Source: Escherichia coli
GTDB taxonomy: Bacteria > Pseudomonadota > Gammaproteobacteria > Enterobacterales > Enterobacteriaceae
Assembly (NCBI RefSeq): GCF_003334255.1
Contig: NZ_QOWU01000016.1
Length of the DNA stretch: 64,000 nucleotides
Strand: one strand, 5' to 3'
Made by a program: the position numbers and the translations under genes
Shown here: positions 23,162 to 33,863 of the stretch, one piece after another
How the letters are laid out: each line of letters opens with the position of its first letter
How positions within the stretch are numbered: position 1 is the stretch's first letter
Notes under the pieces: model-generated
Seen by the model: the letters and a program-made list of their open reading frames with translations, nothing else
Databases searched by the model: none
What the model was told of the DNA's origin: nothing

Positions 23162-23374
23162 ATGTCCGGTAAAATGACTGGTATCGTAAAATGGTTCAAC
23201 GCTGACAAAGGCTTCGGCTTCATCACTCCTGACGATGGCTCTAAAGATGTGTTCGTACACTTCTCTGCTATCCAGAACGATGGTTACAAATCTCTGGACG
23301 AAGGTCAGAAAGTGTCCTTCACCATCGAAAGCGGCGCTAAAGGCCCGGCAGCTGGTAACGTAACCAGCCTGTAA
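23162..23374 (+). CDS. cspA: Major cold-shock protein CspA (70 aa)
   Basis: Translation [70 protein letters not shown] is CspA. Confidence 0.97.
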
Positions 23375-23402
23375 TCTCTGCTTAAAAGCACAGAATCTAA
23401 GA

Positions 23403-23431
23403 TCCCTGCCATTTGGCGGGGATTTTTTTAT
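23403..23431 (+). terminator. Intrinsic terminator of cspA (ccctgcc-attt-ggcgggg plus T-run)
   Basis: GC-rich hairpin followed by atttttttatttg. Confidence 0.6.
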
Positions 23432-23560
23432 TTGTTTTCAGGAAATAAATAATCGATCGCGTAATAAAATCTATTATTATTTTTGTGAAGAATAAATTTG
23501 GGTGCAATGAGAATGCGCAACGCCGTAAGTAAGGCGGGAATAATTTCCCGCCGAAGACTC

Positions 23561-23713
23561 TTACTCTTTCAATTTGCAGGCTAAAAACGCCGCCAGCTCA
23601 TAACTCTCCTGTTTAATATGCAATTCACACAGTGAATCTCTTATCATCCAGGTGAAAAATAAAAGCGTGAAACAAATCACTATTAAAGAAAGTAATCTAT
23701 ATTTCTGCGGCAT
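23561..23713 (-). CDS. hokA: Hok-family type I toxin HokA (50 aa)
   Basis: Last 50 codons of ORF 23561..23815 read MPQKYRLLSLIVICFTLLFFTWMIRDSLCELHIKQESYELAAFLACKLKE; ATG at 23711-23713. Confidence 0.85.
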   Translation of the reverse strand: MPQKYRLLSLIVICFTLLFFTWMIRDSLCELHIKQESYELAAFLACKLKE

Positions 23714-23900
23714 TCCCAGCCTCCTGTGTTGATTTCCAACGAGTGATTTATAGTCAGGTGGGGCTTTTCTCTGTCTGCCTTTCGGTGAATACCTGAGACA
23801 AACAGTCTCAAGCACCCGTGGCTATTCTAGCTTAATAAGTTTGTTTCTTCTCCTTGATATAATCCTAAAAAAATCTCATAAAATTAATATATGAGATAAT
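23714..23900. other. hokA upstream control region expected to hold the overlapping mok reading frame and the antisense sok RNA; boundaries not mapped
   Basis: Placement by analogy with hok/sok loci; the ORF track shows the N-terminal extension (MLETVCLRYSPKGRQRKAPPDYKSLVGNQHRRLG) overlapping hokA. Confidence 0.3.
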
Positions 23901-23944
23901 CTTTATTCAGCAGAAGATTATTAAAGGTTGCTGTATTATTTAGC

Positions 23945-23973
23945 GATAAAAAAAGCCTGCCAGATGGCAGGCT
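23945..23973 (-). terminator. Intrinsic terminator downstream of glyS (agcctgcca-gat-ggcaggct, U-run on minus strand)
   Basis: Perfect 9-bp inverted repeat flanked by an A-run on the + strand, 18 bp past the glyS stop. Confidence 0.6.
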
Positions 23974-23990
23974 ATTTAATAACGGCGTTA

Positions 23991-26060
23991 TTATTGCAAC
24001 AGCGAAATATCCGCAACGCGCAGGAACAGTTCGCGCAGTTTCTCCAGCATGGTCAGACGGTTGATACGCAATTCTTTGTCATCAACCATGACCATCACTT
24101 TATCGAAGAAAGCATCAACCGGTTCACGCAGCTCAGCCAGTTCGACCAGCGCATCCTGGTAACGACCTTCCGTAAAGTACGGCTCCAGCTTGTCACGTAG
24201 CACCACAACCTGCATCGCCAGTTTAATTTCTTCCGGCTCTTTCAGGGTAGAGGCATTCACGCGGTCGCTCAGCACTTCGTCAGATTTCGCCAGAATGTTA
24301 GATACACGTTTGTTCGCCGCCGCCAGTGCAGCAGCTGCATCCAGGGTACGGAAATGCGATACCGCTTTCATACGGGCATCGAAATCAGCCGGACGAGTCG
24401 GACGACGCGCCAGTACCGCCTGGATGGTGTCAACGGTATAACCTTCGTCCTGATACCAGGCGCGGAAGCGACCGAGCATAAAGTCGATAACATCATCAAC
24501 TACGTTGGCATTAGTCAGCTTATCGCCATACAGACGCACCGCTTCTTCGGTCAGCGTTTGCAGATCAAGGTTGAGGTTCTTCTCAACGATAATTCGCAGC
24601 ACGCCAAGCGCGGCACGACGCAGCGCAAACGGGTCTTTGTCGCCTTTCGGATGCTGACCGATACCGAAGATACCCGCCAGGGTATCCATCTTGTCAGCAA
24701 TCGCCAGCGCACAAGCTACTGGGTTGGACGGCAGGTCATCACCAGCAAAACGCGGCTGATACTGCTCATTCAGCGCCACCGCGACATCTTCCGCTTCGCC
24801 ATCGTGACGCGCATAGTGCATCCCCATAACGCCCTGGGTGTCGGTGAACTCGAAGACCATGTTGGTCATCAGGTCGCACTTAGACAGCAGACCCGCACGG
24901 GTAGCGTGGTTAACGTCAGCGCCAATCTGTTCAGCAATCCAGCCAGCCAGCGCCTGGATGCGGTCAGTTTTGTCGCGCAGCGTCCCCAACTGTTGCTGGA
25001 ACAACACGGTTTGCAGGCGCGGCAGGTTATCTTCAAGACGTTTTTTACGGTCGGTGTTGAAGAAGAACTCGGCATCCGCCAGACGCGGACGAACGACTTT
25101 CTCGTTACCGGAGATAATCTGCTGCGGATCTTTCGATTCGATGTTGGCAACGAAGATAAAGTTCGGCAGCAGTTTGCCGTCGTTCGCATACACCGGGAAG
25201 TATTTCTGGTCACCTTTCATGGTGTAAACCAGCGCTTCAGCCGGCACCGCGAGGAATTTCTCTTCGAATTTTGCGGTCAGAACGACCGGCCACTCCACCA
25301 GCGAAGCCACTTCTTCCAGCAGGCTTTCGCTTAAGTCAGCGTTACCGCCAATCTTACGCGCTGCTTCTTCGGCATCGGCTTTAATCTTCGCCTTACGTTC
25401 TTCGTAATCGGCGATGACTTTCCCACGCTCACGCAGAATTTCCGGATACTGATCGGCGTTATCGATGGTGAATTCCGGCTCGCCCATAAAGCGGTGGCCG
25501 CGAATCACGCGATCGGACTGAATGCCCAGAATGGTTGCCGGAATGACTTTGTCGCCCAGCAGCAGGGTCACGGTGTGCACCGGACGCACGAAGTGCACGT
25601 CGCTTGCGCCCCAACGCATCAGTTTCGGGATCGGCAGTTTCGCCAGAGAAGTCGCAACCATATTCGGCAGCAGTGCTTCGGTGCTTTCGCCCTTCACATG
25701 GGCGCGATACAGCAGCCATTCGCCTTTATCGGTAGTCAGACGCTCAGCCTGGTCAACGGTAATACCGCAACCACGCGCCCAACCTTCTGCCGCTTTGCTC
25801 GGTTTGCCTTCAGCGTCGAACGCCTGGGCAATCGCCGGGCCGCGTTTTTCGATTTCACGATCCAGTTGCGCTTCCGCCAGGTTAGCTACTTTCAGCGCCA
25901 GACGACGCGGAGCAGCAAACCATTGAACGGTGCCGTGTGCGAGGCCAGCGTTATCCAGCTCCGCAGTAAAGTTCGCAGCAAAGGACTCAGCCAGGCTGCG
26001 CAGTGCTTTTGGTGGCAGCTCTTCAGTGCCGATTTCCACCAGAAAAGTTTTCTCAGACAT
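23991..26060 (-). CDS. glyS: Glycine--tRNA ligase beta subunit (689 aa)
   Basis: 689-aa ORF immediately downstream of glyQ. Confidence 0.97.
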   Translation of the reverse strand: MSEKTFLVEIGTEELPPKALRSLAESFAANFTAELDNAGLAHGTVQWFAAPRRLALKVANLAEAQLDREIEKRGPAIAQAFDAEGKPSKAAEGWARGCGITVDQAERLTTDKGEWLLYRAHVKGESTEALLPNMVATSLAKLPIPKLMRWGASDVHFVRPVHTVTLLLGDKVIPATILGIQSDRVIRGHRFMGEPEFTIDNADQYPEILRERGKVIADYEERKAKIKADAEEAARKIGGNADLSESLLEEVASLVEWPVVLTAKFEEKFLAVPAEALVYTMKGDQKYFPVYANDGKLLPNFIFVANIESKDPQQIISGNEKVVRPRLADAEFFFNTDRKKRLEDNLPRLQTVLFQQQLGTLRDKTDRIQALAGWIAEQIGADVNHATRAGLLSKCDLMTNMVFEFTDTQGVMGMHYARHDGEAEDVAVALNEQYQPRFAGDDLPSNPVACALAIADKMDTLAGIFGIGQHPKGDKDPFALRRAALGVLRIIVEKNLNLDLQTLTEEAVRLYGDKLTNANVVDDVIDFMLGRFRAWYQDEGYTVDTIQAVLARRPTRPADFDARMKAVSHFRTLDAAAALAAANKRVSNILAKSDEVLSDRVNASTLKEPEEIKLAMQVVVLRDKLEPYFTEGRYQDALVELAELREPVDAFFDKVMVMVDDKELRINRLTMLEKLRELFLRVADISLLQ

Positions 26061-26069
26061 AGCCGCCTC

Positions 26070-26981
26070 TTACTTATCTTTGTTGCACATCGGGAAGCCG
26101 AGGGCTTCACGGGAAGCGTAGTATGCTTCTGCCACTGCTTTGGTCAGGGTGCGAATGCGCAGAATGTAGCGCTGACGCTCGGTGACGGAGATGGCTTTAC
26201 GCGCATCCAGCAGGTTGAAGCTGTGGGCGGCTTTCAGAATACGCTCGTAGGCTGGCAGCGGCAGCGGATTTTCCAGCGCCAGCAGCTGCTGCGCTTCTTT
26301 CTCGTACTGCTCGAAGCAGGTGAACAGGAAGTCCACATCCGCGTATTCGAAGTTGTAAGTGGACTGCTCCACTTCGTTCTGATGGAACACGTCGCCGTAG
26401 GTGGTTTTACCCAGCGGGCCGTCGCTCCAGACCAGGTCGTAAACGCTGTCTACGCCCTGAATGTACATGGCCAGACGTTCCAGACCGTAGGTGATCTCGC
26501 CGGTAACCGGTTTACACTCCAGACCACCAACCTGCTGGAAGTAAGTGAACTGCGTCACTTCCATGCCGTTCAGCCACACTTCCCAGCCCAGTCCCCAGGC
26601 ACCCAGCGTCGGGTTTTCCCAGTTATCTTCCACGAAACGGATGTCGTGAATAGTCGGGTCCATGCCCAGCTCTTTCAGAGAACCGAGGTACAGCTCCTGA
26701 ATATTGTCCGGCGATGGCTTAATGACCACCTGGAACTGATAGTAGTGCTGTAAACGGTTGGGGTTTTCGCCGTAGCGACCATCGGTCGGGCGACGAGAAG
26801 GCTGAACATAAGCAGCCGCCATCGGTTCTGGCCCCAGCGCGCGCAGACAGGTCATTGGGTGAGAGGTTCCCGCGCCGACTTCCATGTCCAATGGTTGAAC
26901 AATGGTGCAGCCCTGGCGAGCCCAGTAATCCTGTAAGGTCAGGATCAAGCCCTGGAAGGTCCTGGTATCAAACTTTTGCAT
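26070..26981 (-). CDS. glyQ: Glycine--tRNA ligase alpha subunit (303 aa)
   Basis: 303-aa [28 protein letters not shown]... Confidence 0.97.
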
Positions 26982-27075
26982 ATTATTTCGTGCTGGATAC
27001 GTGTGGATTTAAAGGAAGGGATCAGTATACCCGCTGGATGGAAGATATACAGTACGAAACGGGAAAAAGCAGGGC

Positions 27076-27375
27076 TTAACGCATGGAAAGATGCAAAAAA
27101 TGGCCATCCGCGTCAAAAGAACAGACAAACTGCTCTTTACGGAAGGTATAACCGCGCATTTCATAGCTTCCCTGGAACTGTTCGAAGGCGGTGACGTCGA
27201 TTTTTTGCTCGCCGGTGTTATAACGTTTTGCCGCCTGATCCTTGCATAACGCTTCCATATTCAACGAACGCAGAGGATCAACCTTTACCCGTTGTGCTTT
27301 CTGCACGGGTGACGGTATAGAACAACCCACTAGCACCATAAGCGCCATTGCCGGAAAGAAAGCGTTCATCATCAT
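27076..27375 (-). CDS. ysaB: Uncharacterised lipoprotein YsaB (99 aa)
   Basis: 99-aa ORF with lipobox (MALMVLVGC) upstream of glyQS. Confidence 0.8.
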   Translation of the reverse strand: MMMNAFFPAMALMVLVGCSIPSPVQKAQRVKVDPLRSLNMEALCKDQAAKRYNTGEQKIDVTAFEQFQGSYEMRGYTFRKEQFVCSFDADGHFLHLSMR

Positions 27376-27549
27376 TAAATTACCGTCTGGTTTGCAGGTG
27401 AGTCTTATTATTTATATCGGTATAGTGGCTGATATCTTACGAATTTCCTTAAGCCTCTATAAGCTGTAGTGATAAAACTCAGATTATTCCAGTGCGCCAA
27501 CCAAATGATTTATCGGTCAGACTTTTTTTAACCAGATACAGAGACACAG

Positions 27550-28545
27550 ATGCAGCCCAAAATTTACTGGATTGATAACCTGCGAGGGATAGCGTGTTTA
27601 ATGGTGGTGATGATTCACACCACTACCTGGTATGTGACCAATGCTCATAGTGTTAGCCCCGTCACATGGGATATCGCCAATGTTCTGAATTCTGCCTCTC
27701 GTGTCAGCGTGCCGCTATTTTTCATGATTTCCGGCTATCTCTTTTTTGGCGAACGCAGCGCCCAGCCGCGCCATTTCTTGCGTATCGGCTTATGTCTGAT
27801 TTTTTATAGCGCAATCGCACTGCTCTACATTGCGCTGTTTACCTCCATCAATATGGAGTTAGCGCTGAAAAACCTGCTGCAAAAGCCAGTGTTTTACCAC
27901 TTGTGGTTTTTCTTCGCGATTGCGGTGATTTATCTGGTTTCACCGCTGATTCAGGTGAAGAACGTCGGCGGAAAAATGTTGCTGGTGCTAATGGCGGTGA
28001 TTGGCATTATCGCTAACCCAAACACAGTGCCGCAGAAAATTGACGGTTTTGAATGGCTGCCAATTAACTTATATATCAATGGCGATACTTTTTACTACAT
28101 TCTGTATGGCATGTTGGGCCGCGCTATAGGGATGATGGACACACAGCATAAAGCACTGTCGTGGGTGAGCGCCGCGCTGTTTGCGACGGGGGTTTTTATT
28201 ATCTCTCGCGGGACATTATATGAATTGCAGTGGCGCGGAAATTTTGCCGATACCTGGTATCTTTACTGTGGGCCGATGGTTTTTATCTGCGCAATCGCGC
28301 TATTGACTCTGGTTAAAAACACGCTGGATACGCGTACCATTCGCGGACTTGGCTTAATCTCCCGCCATTCATTGGGTATATACGGATTCCACGCCTTGAT
28401 TATCCATGCGCTGCGCACCCGGGGAATTGAGCTTAAAAATTGGCCAATACTGGATATTATTTGGATCTTTTGCGCGACGTTGGCAGCGAGTTTGTTACTT
28501 TCTATGCTGGTACAACGAATCGACAGAAACAGATTAGTGAGTTAA
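27550..28545 (+). CDS. wecH: Membrane O-acetyltransferase WecH / YiaH (acyltransferase-3 family, 331 aa)
   Basis: Polytopic 331-aa [28 protein letters not shown]... Confidence 0.9.
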
Positions 28546-28586
28546 GTAAAAGCCCGGTCACATTGGACTGACCGGGCTTACGTGAG

Positions 28587-29024
28587 TTATTCGCTGTATT
28601 CTTCCTGGGTAACCTGTGTTTCTTTTGGTGGGTTTATTCCGGCATCACGAATATTTTTCTGCACCGCTACTGCACCAAACAAGCTTAAGAAGAAAGCCAG
28701 TCCATAAAAACCTTTTTCGCTGAGTAATAATGTCGCATTCCACAGACCTACCATCAGTAATGCAACAGAGATAATAAAGACAGTCAGGCAGGTCATATAA
28801 TAAATGGAAGTGGTCGGTATGCCTTCATACTTGTCCCGAACGGTCTTTTGATAAGACGCCGCAGAAAACAGTCCTAATACCAGTACGGCAAAATAATATC
28901 CTTTTTCATTTAACTGCATCTCTGCATTCCATAGCCCTAACAGATAGGTAACGATACCACCAACGAGAGCTATCCATGACACAATACTAAAGGCCGGTGA
29001 ATAGGTTGATATTTTGTTGTCCAT
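28587..29024 (-). CDS. yiaA: Inner-membrane protein YiaA (145 aa), internally duplicated YiaA/B two-helix domain
   Basis: ATG at 29022-29024; two repeats of L-x-GLWNA-x(5)-EKG(Y/F)Y motif. Confidence 0.85.
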
Positions 29025-29069
29025 CACAGTATTCCTTTCATTCCTGAATATGTAAGAGCTTTATGTTGC

Positions 29070-29411
29070 TCATGCCGAGCGAAACAAACGCATTTGACCA
29101 AACAAGCAGACAAAAAAGGCGATGGGATAGATCACCATTTCATAAGTATTGATAGGTGCGTTTAAAACACCGATAAACAAGAGACCGATAGTGATTAACG
29201 CAACTAACTGGCAGATATGGGTAAAAAAATCATCCAGTTGCCCGAGTTTTTCTGCGCGAAGATATGCATAGTTGCCAAAAGTTGCTGTCATTAACACGCC
29301 AAGAAAATAGCCTTTTCCACTTAACAATGGGCATGAGATCCATAGCCCAACCAGATAAACCAGCGCCCCGACAACAAATAATAGTTTTGCCACAGTCTTT
29401 GAGGTTTTCAT
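29070..29411 (-). CDS. yiaB: Inner-membrane protein YiaB (113 aa), paralog of YiaA
   Basis: ATG at 29409-29411 gives MKTSKTVAKLLFVVGALVYLVGLW...; same two-helix repeat. Confidence 0.8.
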   Translation of the reverse strand: MKTSKTVAKLLFVVGALVYLVGLWISCPLLSGKGYFLGVLMTATFGNYAYLRAEKLGQLDDFFTHICQLVALITIGLLFIGVLNAPINTYEMVIYPIAFFVCLFGQMRLFRSA

Positions 29412-29579
29412 AACGATCTCCATATCTACCAGCGATACATTACGAGTAACCAACGAAAGACAAAACTGAAAAATGCCATTAACAAATGATTTTCAGAATA
29501 AATTCATACTAAATATTAATTAATTACTGAGATATATAGATGTGAATTATCCCCCACCCGGTCAGGCAGGGGATAACGT

Positions 29580-31034
29580 TTACGCCATTAATGGCAGAAG
29601 TTGCTGATAGAGGCGACGGAACGTTTCTCGTCGTGGCTGATAAGCGGCATAACGCTGCGCATCTGGTAGATGCGACTGTTCTAACGGTAGTTGCGGCAAC
29701 AATTCAATGAGCGATTTCTCTGGATTCGCCGCGATCTGCGCCAGCCTTGCTGCGCCCAGTGCTGGCCCCACATCCCCCCCCGTACGGTAATCGAGCTGCT
29801 GACCGCTGATATCCGCCAGCATCTGACGCCAGTACTCACTACGCGCCCCGCCCCCAATCAACGTAACACTTTGCGGTTTAATACCGCAGGCATGCACGAC
29901 ATCCATGCCATCTGCCAGCGCATAACCCACGCCTTCCAGCACTGCTCGCGCCAGTTCATTGGGGCCATGTTGATGAGTCAAACCAAAGAAAACCCCCTTC
30001 GCCTGGGGATTATTGTGTGGCGTACGCTCGCCGGAAAGATAAGGCAGAAACCAAACTGGCTCGGCACTTTCATCAGCCTGTTGAGCTGCAGCGATTAAAG
30101 CTGGGACATTGCTCAGGCCGGTTAATTTCGCGGCCCAATCCAGACACGACGCTGCACTCAGCATCACAGACATTAAATGCCAACGTTGCGGTAGCGCATG
30201 GCAAAAGCTATGTACGGCGCTTTCTGGCTTGCTTAAGAACCCTTCGCTGACAGCAAAATAGACCCCCGACGTCCCCAGCGATAACATTGCCTGATTAGCA
30301 TCAACCATTCCCACACCAACTGCACCAGCTGCATTGTCGCCACCGCCTGCGACAACTGGCACCGTCGCCATACCCCACGCTTTCGCAACTTCAGGTAACA
30401 AAGCACCAGTAATTTCGCTGCCTTCGTATAATGCGGGCATCTGGTCACGAGATAAGTCGCAAGCCTGCAGCATGACGTCACTCCAGTCACGCTTTGCGAC
30501 ATCCAGCCACATGGTGCCAGCTGCGTCAGACATATCGCTGGCAAACTCCCCCGTCATACGCAGACGCAAGTAATCTTTCGGTAATAATACTTTGTCGATT
30601 TGACGGAATATCTCCGGCTCATGCCGCTGAACCCATAGCAATTTAGGCGCAGTAAATCCGGGCATCATCAGGTTGCCGGTAATCACCCGCGATTGCGGAA
30701 CTCGCGCTTCCAGCAAAGTGCACTCTTGCGCACAGCGCCCGTCGTTCCACAAAATGGCAGGGCGTAACACCCGTTGCTGAGCATCCAGCAAGGTTGCTCC
30801 GTGCATCTGGCCGGCAATACCCAATGCTTTAACGTCCTGCAGAGAATGCTGATCGCCCAGAGCTTTCATTGCGCGATCAGTTGCCTGCCACCACTGTTCC
30901 GGGTCTTGTTCCGACCAGAGTGGATGCGGGCGCGAAACGGTCAGCTTTTCCGTTTGCGCAGCAACCACCTCACCCTGCTCGTTGAGCAAAATAACTTTTA
31001 CGCCCGAGGTGCCAAGATCTATCCCGATATACAT
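29580..31034 (-). CDS. xylB: Xylulokinase XylB (484 aa)
   Basis: FGGY-kinase ORF MYIGIDLGTSGVKVILLNEQGEVVA... downstream of xylA. Confidence 0.95.
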   Translation of the reverse strand: MYIGIDLGTSGVKVILLNEQGEVVAAQTEKLTVSRPHPLWSEQDPEQWWQATDRAMKALGDQHSLQDVKALGIAGQMHGATLLDAQQRVLRPAILWNDGRCAQECTLLEARVPQSRVITGNLMMPGFTAPKLLWVQRHEPEIFRQIDKVLLPKDYLRLRMTGEFASDMSDAAGTMWLDVAKRDWSDVMLQACDLSRDQMPALYEGSEITGALLPEVAKAWGMATVPVVAGGGDNAAGAVGVGMVDANQAMLSLGTSGVYFAVSEGFLSKPESAVHSFCHALPQRWHLMSVMLSAASCLDWAAKLTGLSNVPALIAAAQQADESAEPVWFLPYLSGERTPHNNPQAKGVFFGLTHQHGPNELARAVLEGVGYALADGMDVVHACGIKPQSVTLIGGGARSEYWRQMLADISGQQLDYRTGGDVGPALGAARLAQIAANPEKSLIELLPQLPLEQSHLPDAQRYAAYQPRRETFRRLYQQLLPLMA

Positions 31035-31105
31035 ATCGATCGTTCCTTAAAAAAATGCCCGGTATCGCTACCGATAACCGGGCCAACGGACTGCACAGTT
31101 AGCCG

Positions 31106-32428
31106 TTATTTGTCGAACAGATAATGGTTTACCAGATTTTCCAGTTGTTCCTGGCGACCACTCTGATGCACCGGAGACAAATGATGTTCCTGAGCATATT
31201 TGGCTAAATCTGCCAGTGACATTTGGCCTTTCAGGATTTGCTGGCCCAATTCGCTATTCCAGCCGGAATAACGCTGCGCGATGCGTTTATCCAGCTCGCC
31301 ATCTTCAATCATGCGCGCTGCAATTTTCAGCGCCAGTGCCATCGTATCCATCGCGCCGATATGACCGTAAAACAGATCATATTTATCAGTACTTTGACGA
31401 CGTACTTTGGCATCGAAGTTCAGACCACCGGTGGTGAAACCGCCTGCTTTGAGAATTTCATACATCACCAGCGCATTCTCTTCCACACTGTTCGGGAACT
31501 GGTCGGTGTCCCAGCCCAGTTGCGCATCGCCACGGTTGGCGTCGACAGAACCGAACAGGCCAAGCGCAATGGCGGTGGCTATTTCATGATGGAAAGAGTG
31601 ACCTGCCAGCGTCGCGTGGTTAGCTTCAATGTTCAGTTTAATCTCTTTTTCCAGACCAAACTGTTTCAGGAAGCCATAGACCGTCGCGGCATCGTAATCA
31701 TATTGATGTTTGGTCGGTTCTTGCGGTTTCGGTTCGATAAGCAACGTGCCCTGGAAACCGATTTTATGTTTATGCTCAACCACCATCTGCATAAAGCGGC
31801 CCAGTTGTTCACGCTCCTGACGCAAGTCGGTATTTAACAGCGTTTCGTAACCTTCACGACCGCCCCACAGGACATAGTTTTCACCGCCCAATTTATGGGT
31901 TGCTTCCATCGCTGTAACAACTTGCGTTGCCGCCCAGCTGAAGACTTCAGGATCTGGGTTCGTCGCCGCACCCGCGCCGTAGCGAGGGTTTGTAAAGCAG
32001 TTGGCGGTTCCCCACAGCAGCTTCACGCCGCTCTCTTCTTGCTTGCCTGCCAGGACATCAACCATTTGCGCAAAATTATTGATGTACTCTTTTAACGACG
32101 CGCCCTCAGGGGAAACATCCACATCGTGGAAGCAATAAAATGGCACATGTAACTTGTGGAAAAACTCAAATGCGACATCTGCTTTACGCTTCGCCAACGC
32201 CAGTGCCTCACCAGGCTGCTGCCACGGACGATTAAACGCCCCCACACCAAACATATCCGCCCCGTTCCAGCAGAAGGTGTGCCAGTAGCAGGCGGCAAAA
32301 CGCAAGTGCTCTTCCATACGCTTACCCAACACCAGTTCGTCGGGATTGTAGTGACGGAATGCTAACGGGTTTGAGGATTTTGAGCCTTCATAACGAACGC
32401 GATCGAGCTGGTCAAAATAGGCTTGCAT
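31106..32428 (-). CDS. xylA: Xylose isomerase XylA (440 aa)
   Basis: ATG at 32426-32428 gives [31 protein letters not shown]... Confidence 0.95.
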
Positions 32429-32440
32429 ATTGAACTCCAT

Positions 32441-32793
32441 AATCAGGTAATGCCGCGGGTGATGGATGATGTCGTAATATTGGGCACTCCCTTTCAGTTG
32501 CTCAATTATGTTATTTCACACTGCTATTGAGATAATTCACAAGTGTGCGCTCGCTCGCAAAATAAAATGGAATGATGAAACTGGGTAATTCCTCGAAGAG
32601 AAAAATGCAATAAGTACAATTGCGCAACAAAAGTAAGATCTCGGTCATAAATCAAGAAATAAACCAAAAATCGTAATCGAAAGATAAAAATCTGTAATTG
32701 TTTTCCCCTGTTTAGTTGCTAAAAATTGGTTACGTTTATCGCGGTGATTGTTACTTATTAAAACTGTCCTCTAACTACAGAAGGCCCTACACC
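32441..32793. promoter_or_regulatory. Divergent xylA / xylF promoter region (expected XylR and CRP sites; individual sites not resolved)
   Basis: AT-rich 350-bp interval between divergent xylAB and xylFGHR; function is established knowledge. Confidence 0.6.
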
Positions 32794-33786
32794 ATGAAAA
32801 TAAAGAACATTCTACTCACCCTTTGCACCTCACTCCTGCTTACCAACGTTGCTGCACACGCCAAAGAAGTCAAAATAGGTATGGCGATTGATGATCTCCG
32901 TCTTGAACGCTGGCAAAAAGATCGAGATATCTTTGTGAAAAAGGCAGAATCTCTCGGCGCGAAAGTATTTGTACAGTCTGCAAATGGCAATGAAGAAACA
33001 CAAATGTCGCAGATTGAAAACATGATAAACCGGGGTGTCGATGTTCTTGTCATTATTCCGTATAACGGTCAGGTATTAAGTAACGTTGTAAAAGAAGCCA
33101 AACAAGAAGGCATTAAAGTATTAGCTTACGACCGTATGATTAACGATGCGGATATCGATTTTTATATTTCTTTCGATAACGAAAAAGTCGGTGAACTGCA
33201 GGCAAAAGCCCTGGTCGATATTGTTCCGCAAGGTAATTACTTCCTGATGGGCGGCTCGCCGGTAGATAACAACGCCAAGCTGTTCCGCGCCGGACAAATG
33301 AAAGTGTTAAAACCTTACGTTGATTCCGGAAAAATTAAAGTCGTTGGTGACCAATGGGTTGATGGCTGGTTACCGGAAAACGCATTGAAAATTATGGAAA
33401 ACGCGCTAACCGCCAATAATAACAAAATTGATGCTGTAGTTGCCTCAAACGATGCCACCGCAGGTGGGGCAATTCAGGCATTAAGCGCGCAAGGTTTATC
33501 AGGGAAAGTAGCAATCTCCGGCCAGGATGCGGATCTCGCAGGTATTAAACGTATTGCTGCCGGTACGCAAACTATGACGGTGTATAAACCTATTACGTTG
33601 TTGGCAAATACTGCCGCAGAAATTGCCGTTGAGTTGGGCAATGGTCAGGAACCAAAAGCAGATACCACACTGAATAATGGCCTGAAAGATGTCCCCTCCC
33701 GCCTCCTGACACCGATCGATGTGAATAAAAACAACATCAAAGATACGGTAATTAAAGACGGATTCCACAAAGAGAGCGAGCTGTAA
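32794..33786 (+). CDS. xylF: D-xylose ABC transporter periplasmic binding protein XylF (330 aa)
   Basis: ATG at 32794 gives MKIKNILLTLCTSLLLTNVAAHA (signal peptide). Confidence 0.93.
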   Translation: MKIKNILLTLCTSLLLTNVAAHAKEVKIGMAIDDLRLERWQKDRDIFVKKAESLGAKVFVQSANGNEETQMSQIENMINRGVDVLVIIPYNGQVLSNVVKEAKQEGIKVLAYDRMINDADIDFYISFDNEKVGELQAKALVDIVPQGNYFLMGGSPVDNNAKLFRAGQMKVLKPYVDSGKIKVVGDQWVDGWLPENALKIMENALTANNNKIDAVVASNDATAGGAIQALSAQGLSGKVAISGQDADLAGIKRIAAGTQTMTVYKPITLLANTAAEIAVELGNGQEPKADTTLNNGLKDVPSRLLTPIDVNKNNIKDTVIKDGFHKESEL

Positions 33787-33863
33787 GCGTTACGCCCCAG
33801 CGCGGAGCGGGGGCGTGATTTCTCTCCATGCCGCGTGAATGAATTGGCTTAGGTGGAGTCGTT

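Noticed and set aside
24354-26753. Long + strand ORFs (326 and 419 codons) overlapping glyS and glyQ
   Set aside because: Antisense shadow ORFs inside strongly conserved, GC-rich essential genes on the minus strand; Arg/Gln/His-rich translations with no recognisable domain. Typical stop-codon-poor antisense frames.
31223-31837. 204-codon + strand ORF inside xylA
   Set aside because: Antisense to xylose isomerase; no independent support.
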